A stretch of 64,000 nucleotides of DNA from an uncultured Candidatus Saccharibacteria bacterium (GTDB taxonomy: Bacteria; Patescibacteriota; Minisyncoccia; UBA6257). Below the pieces are notes generated by a model. It was given only the letters and a program-made list of their open reading frames with translations, made no database searches and was not told the DNA's origin. Every line of letters begins with the position of its first letter. Position 1 is the stretch's first letter. The position numbers and the translations under genes are program-made. Of the stretch, positions 19,715 through 27,543 are shown one piece after another. Where the stretch lies: assembly GCA_964479005.1 (NCBI GenBank), contig CAYZJA010000001.1, forward strand, positions 1 through 64,000. The letters run 5' to 3'.

Positions 19715-19966
19715 ATGGAAGAAAAACTTATCGGAAAAATCACTCATTATTTTGGAAAAATTAGTGTTGCCATTGTTGAACTTTCTGGCGTACTCAAAAT
19801 AGGAGATAGAATTCATATTAAAGGGCATGGCACTGATTTTGAACAAGATGTTTCTTCAATTCAGATTGAACATGAGAATGTGGAAAAAGCGAAAAAAGGA
19901 GACGCAATTGGAATAAAAGTTGATGAAAAAGTGAGGGAAGGCGATGAGGTTTATTTAGTAGTTTAG
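19715..19966 (+). CDS. Small EF-Tu domain-2-like beta-barrel protein (translation-elongation-factor-like, no GTPase domain)
   Basis: 83 aa. GKISVAIVELSGVLKIGDRIHIKG...GDEVYLV resembles the EF-Tu/IF2 domain II barrel. Function unknown. Confidence 0.45.
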   Translation: MEEKLIGKITHYFGKISVAIVELSGVLKIGDRIHIKGHGTDFEQDVSSIQIEHENVEKAKKGDAIGIKVDEKVREGDEVYLVV

Positions 19967-19967
19967 T

Positions 19968-21131
19968 ATGAAAAAATTAGTCGTGCCTGAAGCTATTGCT
20001 GTTTTAATTGGAACAATTATTGGAGCTGGTGTTTTTACGCTTCCTTATGTGGCTGTTCATTCTGGATTAGCCACAACATTAATCTGGTTAATTATTGTTA
20101 GCTTCATTATTACTTATCTTCATCTTGCTTTTGGAGAAATAGTTTTAAGAACAAAACAAGATTTTCGTTTGCCCGGATATGTCGGGCATTATTTAAATTC
20201 TTCAGCCAAAAGATTGATTCTTTTAATAACTTTTTTTACTTTTTCATTTTCCCTTCTTATTTATTTACTCTTAGGTTCCCAATTTTTACGGGTAATTTTA
20301 AGTTCTATTTGGATTAATTTTTCTTTTCCGCAGGGATTTTTAGTTATTTTTCTTTGGCTCTTGTTAAGTTCGGCGATTTTAAGCAAAAGTAAAAGATTAT
20401 CCAAAATTAATTTTTATTTATCTTTTGCCCTGCTTTTTTTGTTTTTTATCATTGCCATTTTTGCTTTACCTCATTTTAAAACGGAAAATCTAAATTTTTT
20501 TGATTTTACTAACAGATGGGGTTGGTTAATTCCTTATGGCGTTGCCTTTTTTGCTCTTAATGGAATGGTGGCTATTCCTGAGGCGGCAAAAGTTTTAAAG
20601 ATAAAAGGGGAGAAAAAAGAAAAATTAAAAAAAGTCATTATTATCGGTACACTTATCCCCGCTTTTTGTTATCTGATTTTTATTTTGACAGTGGCAGGCG
20701 CCAGTGGATCTTTTACTTCAATAGAAGCTATTCAAGGACTAAAGGGTATTTTAGGAAATAATATTGTTTTATTAGGGGCAATGCTTGGGTTTTTAGCGGT
20801 TTCAACCTCTTATTTAATTTTTGCTTCTTATATTAAAAATAGTTTTATTTATGATTTTAAATGGTCTCGTTTTATAAGTTATTTTTTGGTTGTTGTTGGC
20901 CCATTACTGCTCTATTGTCTCCATTTAGAAAATTTAGTAAAACTTATTTCTTTTATTGGGGGAATGTTAGGAGGGCTTGAGGGAGTAATGCTTGTTCTCG
21001 TTCTGAGAAAAGCAAAACAACAAGGGGAAATAGAGCCGCCTTATCAAATTCCTTTAAATAAAGTTTTGATAATCATTTTTATATTAGCTCTCGCTATCGG
21101 AGCCCTTTGTCAAACCTTTTTAATCTATTAA
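19968..21131 (+). CDS. Amino-acid permease (APC/AAT-type, about 11 TM helices)
   Basis: N-terminal IGTIIGAGVFTLPY motif typical of amino-acid/aromatic amino-acid transporters. Polytopic. Confidence 0.6.
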   Translation: MKKLVVPEAIAVLIGTIIGAGVFTLPYVAVHSGLATTLIWLIIVSFIITYLHLAFGEIVLRTKQDFRLPGYVGHYLNSSAKRLILLITFFTFSFSLLIYLLLGSQFLRVILSSIWINFSFPQGFLVIFLWLLLSSAILSKSKRLSKINFYLSFALLFLFFIIAIFALPHFKTENLNFFDFTNRWGWLIPYGVAFFALNGMVAIPEAAKVLKIKGEKKEKLKKVIIIGTLIPAFCYLIFILTVAGASGSFTSIEAIQGLKGILGNNIVLLGAMLGFLAVSTSYLIFASYIKNSFIYDFKWSRFISYFLVVVGPLLLYCLHLENLVKLISFIGGMLGGLEGVMLVLVLRKAKQQGEIEPPYQIPLNKVLIIIFILALAIGALCQTFLIY

Positions 21132-21215
21132 ACGTATTATTATATCGTTAAATTGTTTTTTGCTGTTTGTTATTGTGAGCGTTAGCGAAGCAATGACATA
21201 TGTGTGGAATAAACA

Positions 21216-21248
21216 AAAAAACCACCAGTTAAAAACTGATGGTTTTTT
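21216..21248 (+). terminator. Rho-independent terminator after the permease gene
   Basis: CCACCAGTTaaaaACTGATGG stem followed by TTTTTT. Confidence 0.7.
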
Positions 21249-21332
21249 GATATATTATATTGTGATATAATTAAAATATGTTTGCTTTAAACTAAGTAAA
21301 TATATTTTAATTTCAACGTTCTTAAGCGAAGA

Positions 21333-21440
21333 CACGTTAAACGTGGCGAAGCGAGAGGTTGTTATAATTTTATTATGAAGATTATTTCGAATAAAGTGAG
21401 AAACAAGGTTCTGCCGAACAAAGTGAGGAAGGTTCTTATT
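21333..21440 (+). promoter_or_regulatory. Composite upstream element: CACGTTAAACGTG palindrome, GGCGAAGCGAGAGGTTGTTATAAT (TGnTATAAT-like -10), then two tandem GTGAGRAACAAGGTTCT units ending AGGTTCTTAT
   Basis: Read directly from the sequence. Related copies lie upstream of rpoB (35645-35685) and lepB (47390-47427). The TATAAT at 21363-21368 sits 6 nt before the annotated ATG at 21375, so the mRNA may be leaderless or the start may be downstream. Confidence 0.5.
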
Positions 21441-22673
21441 GCTGATTTTCACATTCATTCCAAATATTCGCGGGCTACTGCTCGTGATATGGATTTGGAA
21501 CATATTTTTCAGTCAGCGCAGGAAAAAGGAATTACCGTCGTTGGTACAGGTGATTTTACTCATCCAGAGTGGTTTAATGAGATTAAAAATAAATTAGAGC
21601 CGGTAGAGGAAGGGCTGTATAAACTAAAAAATAAAGATGATAGCGTAAGATTTGTTATAACAGGTGAGATAAGTAATATGTATACGAGACATGGAAGAGG
21701 CAGGAGAATTCATAATCTTATTATTTTACCCTCTTTGGAATCAGCAGAGAAAATAAATAAAATTTTATCATGGCAGGGGAATTTGAAATCAGATGGACGC
21801 CCTATTCTGGGAATGGATTCAGAAGAACTTTTAAAAATTGTTATTGACGCCGATTCAAACGCTTTATTTGTGCCGGCTCATTGCATGACCCCATGGTTTG
21901 GTGTATTTGGTTCAATGTCTGGTTTTGATTCTTTAGAAGAAGCTTTTGGAGAAAATACTAAATATATTTATGCAATGGAAACAGGTTTAAGCGCAAGTCC
22001 TGATATGCTTTGGAGAATGGCTGATGGCCGTAAAATGACTTTAATAAGTAATTCTGATGCGCATTCTCCCCGTAATTTAGGCAGGGAAGTGAATGTTTTT
22101 GATACAGAATTGAGTTATTCTGCTATGAGAGACGCTATTATTAAAAAAGATAAATCAAAATTTTTATATACAATTGAATTTTTTCCACAAGAAGGAAAAT
22201 ATCATTATGATGGGCATCGTTTGTGTAAAGTGAGTATGTCGCCAGAACAAAGGAAGGAGGTAAAAGGAATTTGCCCTAAATGCGGCCGTAAGCTCACAGT
22301 AGGTGTTTTGTCCAGGGTTGATGAATTAGCTGATAGAAAGGATGGTTTTGTGCCTCCTGGCGCTATTCCTTATAAAAGCCTGGTTCCATTAAAAGAAATT
22401 ATTGCTGAAGCTATAGGCATAGGGCCCCAAACAAAGGGTGTAGAGGAGCAATATCAAACATTAATTCAGAAATTTTCCAATGAATTTAATATTTTATTAG
22501 ATGTTCCATTAGAAGAATTGGATAAATTTACTTTGCCTAAAATTGCACAAGGCATACAAAGAGTAAGAGATGGTAAATTAATAATTGAGCCTGGTTATGA
22601 TGGTGAATTTGGTAAAGTTAAAATTTTTTATGAAGCTGAAAAAAATGAACTTAAACAAGATAAACTTTTCTAA
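21375..22673 (+). CDS. endoQ: Endonuclease Q (PHP-domain endonuclease for deaminated/abasic DNA) homolog
   Basis: Motif-by-motif match to archaeal EndoQ: DFHIHS, GTGDFTHPEW, LIILPSL, SDGRPILG, LSASPDM, SNSDAHSPRNLGREVNVF, GKYHYDGHRLC, Zn finger CPKCGRK, VPLKEIIAEA, KLIIEPGYDGEFG. The exact start codon is uncertain. Confidence 0.8.
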   Translation: MKIISNKVRNKVLPNKVRKVLIADFHIHSKYSRATARDMDLEHIFQSAQEKGITVVGTGDFTHPEWFNEIKNKLEPVEEGLYKLKNKDDSVRFVITGEISNMYTRHGRGRRIHNLIILPSLESAEKINKILSWQGNLKSDGRPILGMDSEELLKIVIDADSNALFVPAHCMTPWFGVFGSMSGFDSLEEAFGENTKYIYAMETGLSASPDMLWRMADGRKMTLISNSDAHSPRNLGREVNVFDTELSYSAMRDAIIKKDKSKFLYTIEFFPQEGKYHYDGHRLCKVSMSPEQRKEVKGICPKCGRKLTVGVLSRVDELADRKDGFVPPGAIPYKSLVPLKEIIAEAIGIGPQTKGVEEQYQTLIQKFSNEFNILLDVPLEELDKFTLPKIAQGIQRVRDGKLIIEPGYDGEFGKVKIFYEAEKNELKQDKLF

Positions 22674-22682
22674 TTTCTTAAT

Positions 22683-23030
22683 ATGGAGAAAACATTGATT
22701 GGGTATCTTTTAAAACAAATTGGTTTTTACTGTTCTGATTTTATCAGGGCTTACTTTAAAGGTGGCTACAGTTTCTTTTTTAGAATTTATCAATATCATT
22801 TTTCAAAATTGGAACGTAACACAGGTTTCATAGTTAATATTCGTTATTTTACCATTCCGCTTTGGCAGCAATATTCTTTTGCCTCTTATCTTATAAGTAT
22901 TCCCTATAGAATAACAAGAATTATTTTAGGGGCAGTGCTTTTAATAATTTTAACCCTGTTCTTTTCGGCAATTTATCTTTGTTGGATATTTTTGCCTGTT
23001 TACCTTATTCTAAAAACCATTTCACCATGA
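22683..23030 (+). CDS. Small hypothetical membrane protein (2 predicted TM helices)
   Basis: Hydrophobic C-terminal half. Stop overlaps the next gene's start (ATGA at 23027). Confidence 0.4.
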   Translation: MEKTLIGYLLKQIGFYCSDFIRAYFKGGYSFFFRIYQYHFSKLERNTGFIVNIRYFTIPLWQQYSFASYLISIPYRITRIILGAVLLIILTLFFSAIYLCWIFLPVYLILKTISP

Positions 23031-25585
23031 TGAAAAAAGAGACAAAACAAAAGAAGGTTGAGCAAAAATCAGGGGAGAAAACTGAGTTATTTTTCTCTGA
23101 TGCCTTCTTCTTTTGGCCTACATGGCAAAGATTTTTTTATAAAGTAATTCTTACTGTTTTTATTTCTTTAGGATTGATATTTTCTTTTTTCTTGGTGGTT
23201 CTTCGCATACAACCATGGTACAACTTAGGCATTCTTGTTTTATTGTTTTTCATCTACGTTCTTTTTAAACAAAATCTTTCAGATTTGCCTTTAGCAGAAA
23301 AATATTTTAAACAGAAAAAGATTAATTTAGCTCGTTTTCTTTCTCCACAAGCCAAAAATGTCCTTATTGAAGCAAGAGACGTTTCTTTTACTTTTCAACT
23401 TGATTTTTTTCAAGGAATTCTTTATGTCCTTCTTTCCCAAAGAGAGATAATTGATGCATTAGATATATTAGACATATCTTCAGAGGAGATAGAAGAGTTA
23501 AAGAAAAGAATAAAAGAAGAAAAAGCGGGTAAAAAAGAAATTACAAAAGAAAATTATCAAAAATTTTTAGAACAAATTACTTACTGGGCTTTTTTTGAAG
23601 CCAAGAAATTAAAGAAAAACTCTATAAACCCTGAATCCTTACTATTAGCTCTTTATTCTATTGGTAATTCTAAAATTTCTGATGCTTTTAATTTTTATCG
23701 TTTGGAAAAAAATGATTTGGCTGTAGCGTTTGTTTTGAATTATCTTTCGCGAATAAAAGGCATAGAAGTTCTAAAAGGATTAGCTGACAAAAGACAATTT
23801 AGCTTTCGGTTAAAAAGAGTAAAAGTTAATCGTTCTTTTACGTCCCGCCCTACACCATTCTTGGATTTATATGGCTTGGATTTTACTGAGCTGGCTTTAA
23901 AGCTAAAAATAGGCATTATGATAGGCCATGAGCAGGAATACCAAAGCCTTTTAGATATCTTGTGCCGCGAAGGCAGAAGAAATATCCTTTTAGTTGGACC
24001 AGCTGGCGTAGGAAAAGATACGTTAGTTTCCTATCTGGCTTTTAATTTAGTCAGAGATAAATCTCCTTTAAAATTACGGGATCGCCGCCTCATCAGCCTT
24101 TCCATCTCTTCTATTTTAGAGGATACAAAAGAGCCATTAGAGGTTTATAACCGTTTAACAAAGATTACAAAAGAGCTTTTAATTAACAGGGATATAATTA
24201 TTTATCTGCCACAATTTCATAATTATAAATTATTGGCTCAAAAAGGAGGATTTACCGCTTTAGAAGTTTTCCAATCACTAATAAATGCTTCATGGGTGCC
24301 TGTGATTGCGGCAACGACTCCTGCAGACTATCAACGTTATTTAGAACGAGATCCGATTGTGAAAGAGAATTTTGAAATCATTAAAGTAAAAGAGCTTTCT
24401 TCTGAAGAATCAATAAGGTTTTTAGCTTATCGTTCTTTGGAACTAAAAAGAAAAACCAAAGTAAAAATCAGTTACAAAGCCATTAAGAGAGCTGTAATTT
24501 TAGCTCAACGTTTTCTGACTTCAACTCCTTTGCCGTCTTCTGCAGAATCTCTTTTGACTGAAGCTATTGAAGGGGTTCGCAGAAAAGGCGGAAAAATAGT
24601 TTTAGAACAAGATATAGTTGATTTGGTAAGCTTAAAAACCCAAGTACCTTTAGAGGTTTCTTCTGAGCAGGAAAGGGAAAAATTATTGAATTTAGAAAAA
24701 CTTATTCATGAACGCTTAATTAATCAGGAAAAAGCAGTAAGTTTAGTATCTGCCGCTTTAAGACAATATAGGGCTGGTTTAACAAATGTTAAAAAACCAA
24801 TCGGTGTTTTTCTTTTTGTTGGGCCTACTGGAGTAGGTAAGACCCAATTAGCAAAAACATTGGCTAAAATTTATTTTGGAAGTGAAAAAACTATGATTCG
24901 TTTTGATATGGCAGAATATCAGGATAGAAAAAGCATTAATCGTTTTATTGGCAATCCTGAGGGAACAATGAGCGGATCTTTGACTGAAGCAGTAAAGAAT
25001 AAGCCTTTTTCCTTGATTCTTTTAGATGAATTTGAAAAAGCCCATTCAGATGTTTTAAATATTTTTCTTCCTGTTTTTGACGAAGGGAGATTGACTGATA
25101 ATCTCGGGCAAGTTATTGATTTTACTAATGCAATCATTATTGCGACTTCTAATGCTTTATCTGATTTTATAAAAAACGAAATAGAAAAGAATGTTGATAT
25201 TGACGATTTATCAGAAAGATTAAAAAAGAAATTAACGAATTACTTTAAGCCAGAGCTTTTGAACAGGTTTAACGAAGTTGTTGTTTTTAGGCCGTTAACT
25301 CAAGAGCACCTTAAAGAGATAGTAAAATTAAAATTAAATGAATTAGCATCTGCTTTATCAAAGAATAAAAAAATAGAATTATCTTTTGATAATTCTGTTA
25401 TTGAACGATTGGCTAAATTAGGCTATAACCCAATATTTGGAGCTCGGCCCTTAGATTCAGTAATCAGGCATTACATAAAAGATAATTTAGCCAGTTCCAT
25501 TCTAAGAAAGAAAATTAGTCCAAATACCAAGGTACATTTTACTTTAGAAGAAAACGAGTTTAAAGCGAGGATTGAATCTATTTAA
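23027..25585 (+). CDS. Membrane-anchored Clp/Hsp100-family AAA+ protein with degenerate D1 and intact D2 ATPase domains
   Basis: Start set at the ATGATG at 23027 (ATGA coupling). Two N-terminal TM helices, then two Clp_N-like repeats. D1 Walker A is GPAGVGKD (T to D) and D1 Walker B is IIIYLPQFH (no DE). D2 has [19 protein letters not shown] and ATSN. Confidence 0.75.
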   Translation: MMKKETKQKKVEQKSGEKTELFFSDAFFFWPTWQRFFYKVILTVFISLGLIFSFFLVVLRIQPWYNLGILVLLFFIYVLFKQNLSDLPLAEKYFKQKKINLARFLSPQAKNVLIEARDVSFTFQLDFFQGILYVLLSQREIIDALDILDISSEEIEELKKRIKEEKAGKKEITKENYQKFLEQITYWAFFEAKKLKKNSINPESLLLALYSIGNSKISDAFNFYRLEKNDLAVAFVLNYLSRIKGIEVLKGLADKRQFSFRLKRVKVNRSFTSRPTPFLDLYGLDFTELALKLKIGIMIGHEQEYQSLLDILCREGRRNILLVGPAGVGKDTLVSYLAFNLVRDKSPLKLRDRRLISLSISSILEDTKEPLEVYNRLTKITKELLINRDIIIYLPQFHNYKLLAQKGGFTALEVFQSLINASWVPVIAATTPADYQRYLERDPIVKENFEIIKVKELSSEESIRFLAYRSLELKRKTKVKISYKAIKRAVILAQRFLTSTPLPSSAESLLTEAIEGVRRKGGKIVLEQDIVDLVSLKTQVPLEVSSEQEREKLLNLEKLIHERLINQEKAVSLVSAALRQYRAGLTNVKKPIGVFLFVGPTGVGKTQLAKTLAKIYFGSEKTMIRFDMAEYQDRKSINRFIGNPEGTMSGSLTEAVKNKPFSLILLDEFEKAHSDVLNIFLPVFDEGRLTDNLGQVIDFTNAIIIATSNALSDFIKNEIEKNVDIDDLSERLKKKLTNYFKPELLNRFNEVVVFRPLTQEHLKEIVKLKLNELASALSKNKKIELSFDNSVIERLAKLGYNPIFGARPLDSVIRHYIKDNLASSILRKKISPNTKVHFTLEENEFKARIESI

Positions 25586-25922
25586 TCTCTTCAATAATTT
25601 TTTCAAAAATAGCAGGCTGTTTTTCTGCTAATTCGGCTAAGATTTTTCGATCAACCCGAATTTTTTTATCCTTTAAAGCCTTGATAAATTTACTATAACT
25701 AAGTTCGTATTTTCTTACAGCAGCGTTAATTTTGACTTGCCAGAGTCTGCGAGCATTTCTTTTTTTTAATCGTCTGTCTCTAAACGCATGTGTCCATGCA
25801 TGAAGAAGTGCTTCTTTAGCCAAACGATACTTTGTTTTTCGGCCATATCGAAAGCCCTTAGTATGTTTTAGCAATTTTTTTCTTCGTTTACTGGCAGTAA
25901 CGCTTCTTTTTACTCTTGTCAT
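25578..25922 (-). CDS. rplT: 50S ribosomal protein L20
   Basis: MTRVKRSVTASKRRKKLLKHTKGFRYGRKTKYRLAKEALL... canonical L20. Confidence 0.9.
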   Translation of the reverse strand: MTRVKRSVTASKRRKKLLKHTKGFRYGRKTKYRLAKEALLHAWTHAFRDRRLKKRNARRLWQVKINAAVRKYELSYSKFIKALKDKKIRVDRKILAELAEKQPAIFEKIIEEIK

Positions 25923-25962
25923 GTTGCTGAAATTAACTATTGAATTAACAGATATCCTCGAA

Positions 25963-26139
25963 TTAATGCGAATGCTTAATAATAGATTTTATATGTTTTG
26001 GCATAGAAATTAACCTTTTTCTTCTTCTCTTTACCTTAGAAGGGTCTTTGGCCTTCGTGTGCCCAAGATTAGAAGAACGCCTTAGAATTTTACCTGTTTT
26101 GGTTATTCTTAATCTTTTTTTAAATAATTTTCTTCTCAT
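25963..26139 (-). CDS. rpmI: 50S ribosomal protein L35
   Basis: Hand-translated; below the ORF-track cutoff. MRRKLFKKRLRITKTGKILRRSSNLGHTKAKDPSKVKRRRKRL... ATG overlaps the infC stop (ATGA). Gene order is infC-rpmI-rplT. Confidence 0.75.
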   Translation of the reverse strand: MRRKLFKKRLRITKTGKILRRSSNLGHTKAKDPSKVKRRRKRLISMPKHIKSIIKHSH

Positions 26140-26609
26140 TTTTTTAAAACCGTGATTAAACCGCGGGGGACTCTTTTTAATAGTTGGATAACTTTATACT
26201 CAATTTTAATTTTTGATAGAAATTCATCTATCTTTTTTTTAGCTAAATCAAAATGAGCTTTTTGCCTTCCCCTTAATTTCATTTCAATTGTTACTGTTTT
26301 TCCTTCTTCCAAAAATTTTTCTGCTCTTTTAACTTTTGTGTCTAAATCATGTTCTCCTTCATTAAAGCCAATACGAATTGATTTTGGAGCGGTTTTCCTT
26401 TCTTTTAATCTTTTTTTTCTAAATGCTTTCTCTTTTTTGTATCTTAATTTACCAGAGTCTCCAAATTTATATATTGGGGGCGTGGTTTTTTTTGTGATTT
26501 CAACTAAATCTAAACCACGCTCCTGGGCTATTTTAGAGGCTTCATCATAAGAAAAAATCCCTATTTGTTTTCCTTTTTCATCAATAAGTCGAACTTCTTT
26601 TGGTATCAA
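26136..26609 (-). CDS. infC: Translation initiation factor IF-3
   Basis: VRLIDEKGKQIGIFSYDEASKIAQERGLDLVEI... canonical IF-3. Apparent TTG start. Confidence 0.9.
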   Translation of the reverse strand: MIPKEVRLIDEKGKQIGIFSYDEASKIAQERGLDLVEITKKTTPPIYKFGDSGKLRYKKEKAFRKKRLKERKTAPKSIRIGFNEGEHDLDTKVKRAEKFLEEGKTVTIEMKLRGRQKAHFDLAKKKIDEFLSKIKIEYKVIQLLKRVPRGLITVLKK

Positions 26610-26645
26610 GTTTTATAAAAAGATTAATTGTTTAAGATATTTTAG

Positions 26646-27023
26646 TGGAGAAGGTGGGAGTTGAACCCACGTCTAAAAAGAATTTTTTAAATAATTCTAC
26701 GAGTGTAGTTCATTCTTTGTATCTCTTAAGAAAAGAAAGAATGAACAGACTTTTCTTAAAATTCTCCGAAAATAGTTCAATTGATTTTTGGTCGGAAAAG
26801 CCAGAAACCAATCTATCTCGAGGTTTATATCCTTTGGGGCTATCGAGAATCATCCCAAAGAATTTCCCTTAAAAAGGAATGGCTTAGCCTAAACGATTAA
26901 GCATAGGCATAAGCAGGAGTTTGATTGGCATTTATTGATGCCGCCTTGATTTTTATTGAGGGTACAAGACATCCTCAACTCGCTTATTTAAAAACTCTCT
27001 TTTTATCGAATCCCGTCATCCCC
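26646..27023 (-). ncRNA. ssrA: tmRNA (SsrA), standard one-piece form; predicted tag ANQTPAYAYA
   Basis: 5' end GGGGAUGACGGGAUUCGA... 3' end ...GACGUGGGUUCAACUCCCACCUUCUCCA (T-arm plus acceptor, CCA not encoded) closely matches the E. coli tmRNA 3' end. Internal reading frame GCC AAU CAA ACU CCU GCU UAU GCC UAU GCU UAA. Adjacent to smpB. Confidence 0.8.
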
Positions 27024-27035
27024 ATAACTGCATTA

Positions 27036-27485
27036 TCAAATTTCTCCTCTTTTAGCTCTATCTATTTTTCTTCTACTTTCTTTTTTCTTTATACTTTCTC
27101 TTTTATCAAATTTCTTTTTTCCTTTTGCTAATCCTAATTCTATCTTGATTAAACCGTGTTTATTATACATTCTTAGTGGTATTAAAGTCAAGTTTTTTTG
27201 TTTAATCTTACCTAATAGATGTGCTATTTGTTTTTTATTGAAAAGGAGTTTTCTGGTTCTGTCAGGATTGTAAATAAAATGAATATTTTTTGGCTGGTAA
27301 GGCGCAATAGAGCAATTTACAAGAGAAACTCTGTTATCCCTGATAATAGCAAAGCTGCCTGCTAAGTTAGCTTTTCCTGTTTTTACTGCCTTTGTTTCCA
27401 TTCCAGATAATACAATTCCTGCTTCTATTCTTTCTAGAATTTCATAATTAAAATATGCCTTTTTGTTTGTAGCTAAGGGTTTCAT
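27036..27485 (-). CDS. smpB: SsrA-binding protein SmpB
   Basis: KKAYFNYEILERIEAGIVLSGMETKA...GKANLAGSFA... canonical SmpB with basic C-terminal tail. Confidence 0.9.
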   Translation of the reverse strand: MKPLATNKKAYFNYEILERIEAGIVLSGMETKAVKTGKANLAGSFAIIRDNRVSLVNCSIAPYQPKNIHFIYNPDRTRKLLFNKKQIAHLLGKIKQKNLTLIPLRMYNKHGLIKIELGLAKGKKKFDKRESIKKKESRRKIDRAKRGEI

Positions 27486-27543
27486 GCTTTAATTATACAC
27501 GAAATTTTGATTTTTTGTCCATTTTAAAGTAAACTAAAAAGAT

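Noticed and set aside
22979-23026. Upstream extension of the Clp-like ORF (MLDIFACLPYSKNHFT)
   Set aside because: It overlaps the preceding membrane-protein gene in another frame. The ATGATG at 23027 gives a classic ATGA stop/start coupling.
26645-27131. ORF-track CDSs 26645-26872 (+) and 26925-27131 (+)
   Set aside because: They lie entirely within, and antisense to, the tmRNA gene (tRNA-like ends and tag frame identified on the minus strand); they are not protein-coding.
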